This document shows, piece after piece, positions 19,354 through 28,261 of a DNA stretch of 64,000 bases (position 1 is the first letter of the stretch; each line of letters begins with the position of its first letter). The notes beneath the pieces were generated by a model. The model did not search any database, was not told the origin of the DNA, and was given only the letters and a program-made list of their open reading frames with translations. Both the position numbers and the translations under genes were made by a program. The DNA is from Paracoccaceae bacterium (GTDB taxonomy: Bacteria; Pseudomonadota; Alphaproteobacteria; Rhodobacterales; Rhodobacteraceae), in NCBI GenBank assembly GCA_027492585.1, contig JAPUEK010000054.1:3485-67484 (forward strand). The letters are read 5' to 3'.

Positions 19354-20949
19354 ATGGCCCCCCGCGTTCTCGTTTCCGACGAACTTTCCGAAACCGCCGT
19401 CCAGATCTTCCGCGACCGCGGCGTCGAGGTCGATTACCTGCCGAAGCTCGGCAAGGACAAGGAGGCGCTCGCCGCCGTCATCGACAAATATGACGGGCTC
19501 GCCATCCGCTCGGCCACCAAGGCCACCGAAAAGCTGCTCGCCTCGGCCACCAACCTCAAGGTCATCGGCCGCGCCGGGATCGGGGTGGACAATGTGGACA
19601 TCCCCGCCGCCTCGAAAAAGGGCGTGATCGTGATGAACACGCCCTTCGGCAATTCGATCACCACCGCCGAACATGCCATCGCCATGATGTTCGCCGTCGC
19701 CCGGCAACTGCCGGAGGCCAATGCCTCCACCCAGGCCGGCAAGTGGGAGAAATCGCGCTTCATGGGGGTGGAGCTTTACAACAAGACCCTCGGCGTGATC
19801 GGCGCCGGCAACATCGGCGGCATCGTCTGCGACCGCGCCGTCGGGCTGCACATGAAGGTGGTGGCCTATGACCCTTTCCTGTCCGAGGAACGCGCCAAGG
19901 CGCTCGGCGTGCAGAAGGTGGAGCTGGACGAATTGCTGCACCGTGCCGATTTCATCACGCTGCATGTGCCGCTGACCGACAAGACCCGCAACATCCTGTC
20001 GAAGGAAAACCTCGCCAAGACGAAGAAGGGCGTCCGCATCATCAACTGCGCGCGCGGCGGGCTGATCGACGAGGCGGCCCTGGCCGAGGCGCTGAAATCC
20101 GGCCATGTCGCCGGAGCCGCCCTTGACGTGTTCGAGGTGGAGCCGGCCACGGAAAGCCCGCTCTTCAACCTGCCGAACGTGGTCTGCACCCCGCACCTCG
20201 GCGCCTCCACCACCGAGGCGCAGGAGAACGTGGCACTTCAGGTGGCCGAGCAGATGTCGGATTACCTCCTGACCGGCGCCGTGCAGAACGCGCTCAACAT
20301 GCCGAACGTGACCGCCGAGGAAGCCGCCGTCATGGGGCCTTGGATCAAGCTCGCCTCCCATCTCGGCAGCTTCATCGGCCAGATGACGGAAGAACCGATC
20401 AAGGCGATCAACATCCTCTATGACGGCACGGTGGCGGGGATGAACCTTGCCGCCCTGAACTCCGCCGTGATCGCCGGGGTGCTGAAGGCGCAGAACCCGG
20501 ATGTGAACCTCGTCTCCGCGCCCATCGTGGCCAAGGAGCGCGGCATCCAGATCTCCACCACCCGGCAGGAGAAGACCGGGGTGTTCGACGCCTATATCAA
20601 GGTGACGATGGTGACCGACACGCGGGAGCGCTCGGTGGCCGGCACCTGCTTCTCCGACGGCAAGCCGCGCTTCATCCAGATCAAGGGCATCAACATCGAC
20701 GCCGAGATCGGGGCGCATATGCTCTATACCACCAACGAGGACGTGCCGGGCATCATCGGCCTTCTCGGCATGACCATGGGCAAGAACGGCGTGAACATCG
20801 CCAACTTCACCCTCGGCCGCTCCGGTGTCGGGCAGGATGCGATCGCCATCCTCTACCTCGACCAGCCCATCGACCCCAAGGTGATCGAGACGCTGGAATC
20901 GACCGGCATGTTCCAGTCCGTCAAAGCCCTGCAATTCGAAGTCGCCTGA
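19354..20949 (+). CDS. serA: D-3-phosphoglycerate dehydrogenase (long form with ASB/ACT domains)
   Basis: 531 aa. NAD motif GVIGAGNIGG, catalytic region NCARGG and TPHLGAST, and a C-terminal ACT-like domain. Confidence 0.92.
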   Translation: MAPRVLVSDELSETAVQIFRDRGVEVDYLPKLGKDKEALAAVIDKYDGLAIRSATKATEKLLASATNLKVIGRAGIGVDNVDIPAASKKGVIVMNTPFGNSITTAEHAIAMMFAVARQLPEANASTQAGKWEKSRFMGVELYNKTLGVIGAGNIGGIVCDRAVGLHMKVVAYDPFLSEERAKALGVQKVELDELLHRADFITLHVPLTDKTRNILSKENLAKTKKGVRIINCARGGLIDEAALAEALKSGHVAGAALDVFEVEPATESPLFNLPNVVCTPHLGASTTEAQENVALQVAEQMSDYLLTGAVQNALNMPNVTAEEAAVMGPWIKLASHLGSFIGQMTEEPIKAINILYDGTVAGMNLAALNSAVIAGVLKAQNPDVNLVSAPIVAKERGIQISTTRQEKTGVFDAYIKVTMVTDTRERSVAGTCFSDGKPRFIQIKGINIDAEIGAHMLYTTNEDVPGIIGLLGMTMGKNGVNIANFTLGRSGVGQDAIAILYLDQPIDPKVIETLESTGMFQSVKALQFEVA

Positions 20950-21006
20950 CCGGCGCCTCCGTCACGATCCCGCGCCGCTTCCCCGGGGGGAGGCGGCGCT
21001 TGCCAT

Positions 21007-21047
21007 TTCAGGCCCCCGATTCAGGCCCCCCGCTTCAGGCTCCCCGA
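21007..21047 (+). repeat. short tandem repeat, 3 units of 13-14 bp (TTCAGGCCCCCGA-like)
   Basis: Units are ttcaggcccccga, ttcaggccccccgc and ttcaggctccccga. A degenerate fourth unit follows. Confidence 0.85.
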
Positions 21048-21139
21048 ATTCCAGCTCTCCGCGCTTCGGATATCCGGACGCCCCGGCCCGGCAGAGGCTC
21101 ACGGCCCCGCTCTTTACCTCAGGCCGGGAATCCCGCCCT

Positions 21140-21168
21140 TTGCCTTTCATACTGGCTCAAATATCCAA
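21140..21168 (+). repeat. Family A repeat, partial copy A3 (right half only)
   Basis: cctttcatactggctcaaatatcc matches the loop and right arm of A1 and A2. The left arm is absent. Confidence 0.7.
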
Positions 21169-21193
21169 ACCCGGCCGCCGCAAGCGCCGCGTA

Positions 21194-21547
21194 TCAGGTC
21201 TCGGCGATCCCCTTGAACACCCCCCAGATCATCCTCTTGCCGCCGATCCAGTCCACATCCATCACGGCCGTCAGCTCCGGATCTGCCATGGCCGCCGCCA
21301 CCACCTCGTCCCGATGCGCCCGGTCGCGGAAGCGGATGAAGGACCAGATCACCGTCTCGTCCTCCTCCAGCAGTACCGCGCGCGGGAAGGAGGTGAGCTT
21401 GCCGGGCTCCAGCCCCTCGCCCTCCGCCTCCACCACCTCCAGCGCCGCGAGGCGGCGCCAGATCCGCGACGCCTGCACGGCAAGGATGCGGTAGTCTTCG
21501 AGATGCGCGGTTTTCACCGGCAGAATGAACGCATCGAAACAACTCAT
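21194..21547 (-). CDS. DUF1428 family protein
   Basis: 117 aa from ATG 21547 (MSCFDAFILPVKTAHLEDYR...). Size and N-terminus match my memory of DUF1428. The upstream part of track ORF ..22591 is antisense to the phosphatase gene. Confidence 0.65.
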   Translation of the reverse strand: MSCFDAFILPVKTAHLEDYRILAVQASRIWRRLAALEVVEAEGEGLEPGKLTSFPRAVLLEEDETVIWSFIRFRDRAHRDEVVAAAMADPELTAVMDVDWIGGKRMIWGVFKGIAET

Positions 21548-21616
21548 CCCGATCCTCCCCTTGCGCTCCCCCGGCGCGAGACATAGCCAAGAACCAGCAA
21601 CAGCAGGCAGGCCCCC

Positions 21617-22345
21617 ATGAGAACCTATGCCATTGGCGACATTCACGGCCATCTCGATCTCCTGAAGCGGCAACATGCGCTGATCGCCGCCGATATGGCG
21701 CGGCACGGGGAGGCGCCCATCGTCCATATCGGCGATCTGGTGGATCGCGGCCCCGACAGCGCCGGGGTGGTGGAGTATCTGCGCGAAGGGATCGCGGCGG
21801 GGCGCGACTGGGTGGTGCTGAAGGGCAATCACGACCGGATGTTCGCGGGTTATCTCAGGGATGCCGGCTTCAAGGACCCCGGCCTGCGCGCCGATCTCTC
21901 CTATCTCCACCCCCGTATCGGCGGGGCGGAGACGCTCGCGTCCTATGGCGTGCGCGCGGCGGGGGACCGCCCGTTGGCCCCGGTCCATGCCGAGGCGGTG
22001 GCGGCGGTTCCTGCCGCGCACCGGGCGTTTCTCGAAACCCTGCCGACCTCCTTCCGGCGCGGGGAGGCGATCTTCGTCCATGCGGGCATCCGGCCCGGCG
22101 TGGCGCTTGAGGACCAGACCGAGGATGACCTGCTCTGGATCCGCAAGGAGTTTCTGGAAGACACCCGCGATCATGGCGCGCTGATCGTCCATGGCCATAC
22201 CGCCATCGACAGGCCGACCCATTACGGCAACCGGGTAAACATCGACAGTTCCGCCGCCTATGGCGGCCCGCTTTCCGCCGTGGTGCTGGAAGGGCGCGAG
22301 GTTTTCCATCTTACCCCGGAAGGGCGGGTGGCGCTGCGGCCCTGA
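21617..22345 (+). CDS. metallophosphoesterase, Ser/Thr phosphatase (PrpA/ApaH-like)
   Basis: 242 aa. Motifs GDIHG, GDLVDRG and GNHD. Confidence 0.85.
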   Translation: MRTYAIGDIHGHLDLLKRQHALIAADMARHGEAPIVHIGDLVDRGPDSAGVVEYLREGIAAGRDWVVLKGNHDRMFAGYLRDAGFKDPGLRADLSYLHPRIGGAETLASYGVRAAGDRPLAPVHAEAVAAVPAAHRAFLETLPTSFRRGEAIFVHAGIRPGVALEDQTEDDLLWIRKEFLEDTRDHGALIVHGHTAIDRPTHYGNRVNIDSSAAYGGPLSAVVLEGREVFHLTPEGRVALRP

Positions 22346-22554
22346 CCGCCATTTGGCAGAGGCCATCGCCTTCGCCACGCGCTGCCATGTCCCCCTTCGA
22401 GCCGGTGGCCCAAAGCCTCCGGCCGGCGCCTGCCTTGCCACCGGCGGGCGCTTCGCCCACGTCGGGCAAGCACTGGCATACGGTCGTTTGGGAAAGCGGC
22501 CCGGCTTCCCTGCGGGCGGGAAAGCGTCAGGCCTTTCTGATCCGCCCTCCGTCT

Positions 22555-22645
22555 GGCGCCGGAGCGGTTTTGCACCGCTCCGCCCTGCCACCGATCCCCT
22601 GACCCGGTGGCAAACCCCGCAGGATCTTTTCCGAAAGGGAATGAG
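22555..22645 (+). repeat. Family B repeat, copy B2 (long form)
   Basis: Hairpin ggagcgg-ttttgca-ccgctcc, then ...ccggtggcaaaccccgcaggatcttttccgaaaggg. Colinear with the reverse complement of B1. Confidence 0.8.
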
Positions 22646-22672
22646 GGGGGCGGGCGGGAGTGCCGGTCAGGC

Positions 22673-23773
22673 CTAGCGGTTCATTTCACGCAGGCTGGCG
22701 AAGGCGGCGACGCTCAGAACTCCGGCCCAGCCGAAGATCAGCCAGAAGAAGCCGCGGTCGCCCATCACCCCGATGAGCTGGGCGCAGATCAGCGGCAGCA
22801 CGATCGCCCCGAACAGCCCCGACCCGATGATCACCGGCGCCACCCGTGCATCCTCGCCCATCTTCCGCGTCGCGGTCACGAAGAAGCCGTGGAAGAAGAG
22901 GCTCCCGCTCACCCCGAGCAGCGGGAAGAACACCGCCGGGCTGACCACCGCCGCGCCAAGCCCGCAGAGCGCCGCGAAGAGCACGGCGGCCGCATAGACG
23001 CTGAAGGCCGGAATCCGGTCCACGAAGAAGATCATCACTCCGCGCGCCACCAGATAGGCGAGATAGAAGAGCGACAGAAGCTGCGCCGCCCGCACCTCCT
23101 CCACCCCGGCCCGCACCAGCGCCGTCGGGCCAAGGCCGACCAGCGCCGCCTCCATGCCGATGGCCAGCACCCCGAAGACGAGGATCGGCCAGTAGAGCCG
23201 GAAGCCGCCTTTGCCGGTCGCCGCGCCGACCGCCGCGCGGCTTACCGGACCTGCGGCCAGCCAGATCGCCGCCGCCAGCGCCGCAATCGCCAGAAAGGTC
23301 GGCTTCGGCTCGGAACCGAGCCAGACGAAGACCAGCGGCGCGGCAATCGCCCCCACGGAGAAGACCGCGTTGAGCAGGGTCATCATCGACGGCCCGCGCG
23401 GCCCGAAGGCCGACAGGATGCGCGGGTTGAACACCGCCGCCAGCGCGCCGTAGCCCGCGCCGAAGATCACCCCGCCGAGCAGCACCAGCGGCCACCAGAC
23501 GCCGATCCCCAGCAGCGCCGCACCGATGGCCGATGCCGCAAGCCCCGGCCGCGGGCCGAGCTTGCCCGCCCCGAGATACATGCCGACGACGCCAAGGAAA
23601 CAACCGACCCAGAAGGCCGAGATCAGCCAGCCCGCCGCCGCCGTATCAAGCCCGAACTGCCGCTGGAAGACGGGCAGCGCCGGGCCGAAGATCGCCTGGG
23701 CCAGACCCAGCAGAATGAAGCTGACCAGCCCCGTCCCAAGGAGCGCCATCCGCGCTCCGCTCGTACCCTGCAT
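22673..23773 (-). CDS. MFS transporter
   Basis: 366 aa with about 10-12 hydrophobic spans in an MFS-like arrangement. The start could instead be the internal MALLGTG. Confidence 0.75.
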   Translation of the reverse strand: MQGTSGARMALLGTGLVSFILLGLAQAIFGPALPVFQRQFGLDTAAAGWLISAFWVGCFLGVVGMYLGAGKLGPRPGLAASAIGAALLGIGVWWPLVLLGGVIFGAGYGALAAVFNPRILSAFGPRGPSMMTLLNAVFSVGAIAAPLVFVWLGSEPKPTFLAIAALAAAIWLAAGPVSRAAVGAATGKGGFRLYWPILVFGVLAIGMEAALVGLGPTALVRAGVEEVRAAQLLSLFYLAYLVARGVMIFFVDRIPAFSVYAAAVLFAALCGLGAAVVSPAVFFPLLGVSGSLFFHGFFVTATRKMGEDARVAPVIIGSGLFGAIVLPLICAQLIGVMGDRGFFWLIFGWAGVLSVAAFASLREMNR

Positions 23774-23900
23774 CGCCGTCTCCCCTGCCGCCGCCGTCCC
23801 CTAGCCCTGCCGCAGGGCAAGGTCAATGCAAGGTCAGTCGCACCATCTTGCGCCCCGCATCGCCAAGGCGCAGGCTGGCCTCGGGCAACGGGAGGTTCAC

Positions 23901-24524
23901 ATGATCACGCTCTACGACTACTGGCGGTCCTCTGCCGCCTATCGGGTGCGGATCGCGCTCAATCACCTGCGGCTGCCCTATCACAGCATCCCGGTGAACC
24001 TCCTGACCGGCGAACACCGCGCACCCGAAAACCTCGCCCGCAACCCGCAGGGCCTTGTCCCGACGCTGGAGATCGACGGGCTGCGCCTGACGCAATCGCT
24101 GGCCATGATCGAATATCTGGCCGAGACGCGCGGCGCCCTGTTGCCGCCCGATGCTCCCGGCCGCGCGCGCGCCCGCGCGCTCGCCTATGCCATCGCCATG
24201 GAGATCGCTCCGGTCTGCAACCTTTCCGTCCGCAGCCATGTGGCGGCGGCCAGCGAGGGCAGGATGAGCGCCGAGGACTGGCAGCGCCATTACATCGGCA
24301 AGGGCCTTGCCGCCTTCGAGACGATGCTCGCCCCCGACAGCCGCTTCTGCCACGGCGCCGCGCTGAGCCTGCCGGATTGTTGTCTCGTCCCCCAGATCTA
24401 CAACGCAGAGCGTATCGGGATTGACGTGAGGTCTTTTCCCAATATCGCGCGGATCATGGCAAACCTCTCCGACCTGCCGGAGGTTGCCGCCGCGCATCCC
24501 GATCAAGTGAAACCCGCAAGCTGA
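23901..24524 (+). CDS. maiA: maleylacetoacetate isomerase (zeta-class GST)
   Basis: ATG 23901 is preceded by GGAGG. Zeta GST signature YDYWRSSAAYRVRIAL and NPQGLVPTL. Confidence 0.85.
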   Translation: MITLYDYWRSSAAYRVRIALNHLRLPYHSIPVNLLTGEHRAPENLARNPQGLVPTLEIDGLRLTQSLAMIEYLAETRGALLPPDAPGRARARALAYAIAMEIAPVCNLSVRSHVAAASEGRMSAEDWQRHYIGKGLAAFETMLAPDSRFCHGAALSLPDCCLVPQIYNAERIGIDVRSFPNIARIMANLSDLPEVAAAHPDQVKPAS

Positions 24525-24531
24525 GGCCGCC

Positions 24532-25701
24532 ATGACCGATATCTTCCTGCTCTCCGCCGCCCGCACCGCCATCGGCGGCTTCGGTGGCTCGCTTTCCGCG
24601 CTGACGCCCATCGACATCGCCACCCATGCGACCCGCGCCGCCCTGGACCGCTCTGGGGTGGAACCGGCGCGCATCGGCACCGTGGTCTTCGGCCATGTCA
24701 TCAACACCGAGCCGCGCGACATGTATCTGGGCCGGGTGGCGGCGATGAATGTGGGCATCCCCGACAGCACCCCGGCGATGAACGTCAACCGCCTTTGCGG
24801 GTCGGGCGCGCAGGCCATCGTCTCGGCGGCGCAGGCGCTGATGCTCGGTGATGCCGATTTCGCCCTTGCCGGCGGGGCGGAATGCATGAGCCGCGCGCCC
24901 TACAGCCTGCCCGCCGCCCGCTTCGGCCAGAAGATGGGCGACACCAGGGCGGTGGACATGATGACCGGCGCGCTCACCTGCCCCTTCGGCACCGGCCATA
25001 TGGGGGTGACGGCGGAAAACGTCGCCGCCCGCTACGGCATCACCCGGCAGGAGCAGGATGATTTCGCGCTCGAAAGCCAGAAACGTGCCGCCCTTGCGAT
25101 TGCCGAGGGCCGCTTTGCCGGGCAGATCGCCCCGATCGAGATGGCCACCCGCAAAGGCACGGTGCATTTCGAGGTGGACGAGCATCCGAAGGCCACCTCC
25201 GCCGAGGCGCTGGCCGGACTGCGCCCGGCCTTCCGGAAGGACGGCACGGTGACGGCGGGCAATGCCTCCGGCATCAATGACGGCGGGGCGGCGCTGGTGC
25301 TGGCGCGCGGCGATGCGCTGGGCGGCCTCACCCCGCGCGCCCGGATCATCGGCTATGCCGTGGCCGGGGTGGCGCCCGATGTCATGGGGCTCGGCCCGAT
25401 CCCGGCGGTGCGCGCGCTCTGCGCGAAGACGGGGATGAAGCCCGGAGATTTCGACGTGGTGGAATCGAACGAGGCCTTCGCCGCGCAGGCGCTTGCCGTC
25501 AGCCGCGAGCTCGGCCTCGACCCGGCCCGCGTCAACCCGAACGGCGGCGCCATCGCGCTTGGCCATCCGGTCGGTGCGACGGGCGCGCTGATCACGGTGA
25601 AGGCGCTCCATGAGCTGGAACGGACCGGCGGCAAGACCGCGCTCATCACCATGTGCATCGGCGGCGGACAGGGGATCGCCCTGGCCATCGAGAGGGTCTG
25701 A
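24532..25701 (+). CDS. acetyl-CoA C-acyltransferase (thiolase)
   Basis: 389 aa. Active-site Cys region VNRLCGSGAQA and C-terminal NPNGGAIALGHPVGATG ... CIGGGQG. Confidence 0.92.
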   Translation: MTDIFLLSAARTAIGGFGGSLSALTPIDIATHATRAALDRSGVEPARIGTVVFGHVINTEPRDMYLGRVAAMNVGIPDSTPAMNVNRLCGSGAQAIVSAAQALMLGDADFALAGGAECMSRAPYSLPAARFGQKMGDTRAVDMMTGALTCPFGTGHMGVTAENVAARYGITRQEQDDFALESQKRAALAIAEGRFAGQIAPIEMATRKGTVHFEVDEHPKATSAEALAGLRPAFRKDGTVTAGNASGINDGGAALVLARGDALGGLTPRARIIGYAVAGVAPDVMGLGPIPAVRALCAKTGMKPGDFDVVESNEAFAAQALAVSRELGLDPARVNPNGGAIALGHPVGATGALITVKALHELERTGGKTALITMCIGGGQGIALAIERV

Positions 25702-25725
25702 CCCCGCCCGCGGGCGGCGGCTTCG

Positions 25726-25803
25726 GAAGCCTCCGGCGGGGATATTTGAGGCAAGATGAAAGGGCTTTCTTCTCTTCCCAAATATCCCCCGCGGAGCGTT
25801 CCC
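25726..25803 (-). repeat. Family A repeat, copy A4 (full, reverse orientation)
   Basis: gaagcctccggcggggatatttgaggcaagatgaaagggctttcttctcttcccaaatatcccccgcggagcgttcc. This is the reverse complement of A1 with a few substitutions. Confidence 0.9.
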
Positions 25804-25825
25804 CCGGAAACCGGAGGCGTTCCGG

Positions 25826-26962
25826 TCAGCCGTCGAGAAGACCCTGATGCTCGCCGAGCTTCGGGGCCGGGCGGTCGAGCGCCAGTTCGGCGCCGGAAAA
25901 GCGCATGGGCGCGCGGACGCCGGGGATGCCGCCGGGGGCGATCTGCATGGCGCGGGCCCGGGTCTGGGGATCGGCGAAAACCTCGGCCAGATCGTTGATC
26001 GGCCCGGCGGGGACGCCTTCGGCCTCGCAGGCGGCGAGGAGATCGGCCTTCTGCCAGCGCAGCGTCGCTGCGGTCAGACGGGCGGTCAGCGCCACGCGAT
26101 TGGCGATGCGGTCGGCATTGGTCAGGAACTCGGGCGCTTCGGCCATCTCCCCGAGCCCGAGGATGCCGCACAGGCGGCGGTATTGCGCGTCATTGCCGGT
26201 GGCGAGGATGATCCAGCCGTCGGCGCAGTCGAAGACCGCATAGGGCGCGAGGTTCGGATGGGCATTGCCCATCAGCCCCGGCGGCGTGCCGGAGGTGAGG
26301 TAGTTCATCGCCTGATTGGCCATTATCGTTGTGGCCACATCCATCAGCGCCATGTCGATCTGCTGGCCCTCGCCAGTACGCCCGCGCTGCACGAGCGCGG
26401 CGAGGATGGCGGTGGCGGAATAGACGCCGGTGAAGACATCGGTGACCGCCACGCCGACCTTCTGCGGCTGGCCCTCGGGTGCGCCGGTGACGGACATCAG
26501 CCCGGCCATGCCCTGAATGATGAAGTCGTAACCGGCGCGGTGGGCATAAGGCCCGGTCTGGCCGAAGCCGGTGATCGAGCAATAGATCAGCCGGGGATTG
26601 ACCTTGCGGAGGCTTTCGTAGTCCAGCCCGTATTTCGCCAGCCCGCCGACCTTGAAATTCTCGATCAGCACATCGGCATCGGCGACCAGCCGGCGCACGG
26701 TCTCCTGTCCTTCCGGCGTGCGGAAATCGCAGATGACCGAGCGTTTGCCGCGGTTGGTCGCATGGAAATAGGCGGCGGAGCGGCCGGTCTCGCCGTCGCC
26801 ATCGCGGTCGATGAAGGGCGGACCCCAGCGGCGGGTATCATCGCCTTCCGGGGCTTCGACCTTGATCACGTCCGCGCCGAGGTCCGCCAGGGTCTGGCCG
26901 GCCCAGGGGCCAGCCAGAATCCGCGCCAGTTCGACGACCTTCACCCCGGCGAGCGGCGTCAT
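25826..26962 (-). CDS. CaiB/BaiF family III CoA-transferase
   Basis: 378 aa. N-terminal LAGVKVVELARILAGPWAGQTLADLGADVIKVE is typical of family III CoA-transferases. Confidence 0.88.
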   Translation of the reverse strand: MTPLAGVKVVELARILAGPWAGQTLADLGADVIKVEAPEGDDTRRWGPPFIDRDGDGETGRSAAYFHATNRGKRSVICDFRTPEGQETVRRLVADADVLIENFKVGGLAKYGLDYESLRKVNPRLIYCSITGFGQTGPYAHRAGYDFIIQGMAGLMSVTGAPEGQPQKVGVAVTDVFTGVYSATAILAALVQRGRTGEGQQIDMALMDVATTIMANQAMNYLTSGTPPGLMGNAHPNLAPYAVFDCADGWIILATGNDAQYRRLCGILGLGEMAEAPEFLTNADRIANRVALTARLTAATLRWQKADLLAACEAEGVPAGPINDLAEVFADPQTRARAMQIAPGGIPGVRAPMRFSGAELALDRPAPKLGEHQGLLDG

Positions 26963-27636
26963 TACTTCGCCAGCTCGGCGTCGATCACCGCCTTGAACTC
27001 ATCCCAGCCCATGTTGGAATGTTTGGTGCCGTTGACGAAGAAGGTGGGCGTGCCTTCGACGCCATCGGCTTTGAAGTTCTTTTCGAAATGCGCGACGAGG
27101 GCTTCGGCCTGCGCGCCGTCCTTCAGGCAGGCGTCGAGGGTCGCGTCATCCATCCCGGCGCTGCGGCCGAGCTTCTTGAGGTTCTCGACCACCTCCGCCG
27201 GATTGTCCGAAGCGGCCCATTCCTGCTGCTTGTCGAAGAGCATGTCGGCGATGCCGAAGTAGCGCAGCTCGCCGCCGCAGCGGGCGGTCATCGCGGCCCA
27301 GAGGCCGTAGCGGTCGAAATAGACCTCGTGATATTCGAAGCGCACCTTGCCGGTGTCGATATAGTCGGCCTTCAGCTTGGCCCAGTTGTCGGCATGGAAG
27401 CGCGCGCAATGGGGGCAGGTGAAGGAGGCGTATTCGACGATCTTGACCTTGGCATCCTCGGCACCGATGGCGAAATCCTTCACCTCGGTCGCGGCCGGGG
27501 TGGCGGCATCGGTCGCGGGGGCGGCGGGAGCCTCGGTGGTGGCGGCGGGGGCTGCGGTTTCTGCCAGGGTGGCAACGGGCATCAGCACGCCGGCGGCCAT
27601 CAGAGCCAGAGCGGCCAGAGCGGGTTTCTGCATCAT
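26962..27636 (-). CDS. DsbA family thiol:disulfide oxidoreductase (periplasmic)
   Basis: 224 aa. Signal peptide and CPHC active site (FTCPHCARF). 1-nt overlap with the downstream CoA-transferase gene. Confidence 0.85.
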   Translation of the reverse strand: MMQKPALAALALMAAGVLMPVATLAETAAPAATTEAPAAPATDAATPAATEVKDFAIGAEDAKVKIVEYASFTCPHCARFHADNWAKLKADYIDTGKVRFEYHEVYFDRYGLWAAMTARCGGELRYFGIADMLFDKQQEWAASDNPAEVVENLKKLGRSAGMDDATLDACLKDGAQAEALVAHFEKNFKADGVEGTPTFFVNGTKHSNMGWDEFKAVIDAELAK

Positions 27637-28178
27637 GGAGAAGAACCTTCCTTCGATTTTCGGCGAGTTAAGACATTTTGCGCCAGGGCTTCAAGGGCGG
27701 CCCGCAGGCCTTCGTCCCGAATGGGGGCTGCGGTGCGATGGGCTTCGGCGGCGGTTGCGGCGTCCGGCTCCCTGGCTTTCGGCTTGGGGGCGGGGGTGAA
27801 TTCCGCCTGGCCCTCGGCAAAGCCGGTGGCGGCGGTCTGGGTCAGCAGGATGCGCGAGATGGCGGCATAGCCATAGACGGCATTGACCCTTTCGCGCAGC
27901 TTTTCCTTCTGCATCTCGATGATCGGGGCAAGCGCGCCCGAGACAAGGAGCGTCAGCGTCGCCCCCATGCCTTCGCGCCCGTAGCCGACCTTGACGGGGC
28001 GGGTGGCGCGGGCGATCTCTTCGCCGGCGATTTCGGGCCAATGGGTCAGGAGCCGGGCGACGGCAAAGCCGCGCGATTCCCCGGCGGTGCGGATCTGCTC
28101 CTTCATCAGCCCGCAAGCGGGCTCGAAGCCGCGTTGCCGGCGGCTGGCAGAGGGAAGGGGCGCAGGTGTTCGGGCCAT
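27633..28178 (-). CDS. DUF721 (DciA-like) domain protein
   Basis: 181 aa. The segment THWPEIAGEEIARATRPVKV...TLTLLVSGALAPIIEMQKEKLRERVN matches my memory of DUF721. 4-nt overlap with the dsbA-like gene. Divergent from mutY. Confidence 0.65.
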   Translation of the reverse strand: MARTPAPLPSASRRQRGFEPACGLMKEQIRTAGESRGFAVARLLTHWPEIAGEEIARATRPVKVGYGREGMGATLTLLVSGALAPIIEMQKEKLRERVNAVYGYAAISRILLTQTAATGFAEGQAEFTPAPKPKAREPDAATAAEAHRTAAPIRDEGLRAALEALAQNVLTRRKSKEGSSP

Positions 28179-28261
28179 CTGGTCCTGATCGGTTGTTGCG
28201 CTATCCTAGCCCGTGGCACCGGCGCGGGGCCAGAGATTTGCCGGGGCGGAGGGGATAAAGA

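Noticed and set aside
8384-20934. Other long mirror-frame ORFs: 8384-10174 (+), 11030-12529 (+), 13634-15886 (-) and 18142-20934 (-)
   Set aside because: Each lies antisense to a confidently recognised gene (ctpA/envC-like, gpmI, parC, serC/serA) and has low-complexity, Arg/His/Gly/Asp-rich translations without motifs.
25756-25998. Small ORFs starting MKGLSSL(P/L)KYPPRSV inside family A repeats (also 5626-5832 - and 16344-16547 -)
   Set aside because: Only the first ~14 codons, which are the repeat itself, are shared. The downstream sequence differs in every copy and runs into neighbouring genes in antisense. They are a consequence of the repeat containing ATGAAAGGG, not a conserved peptide gene.
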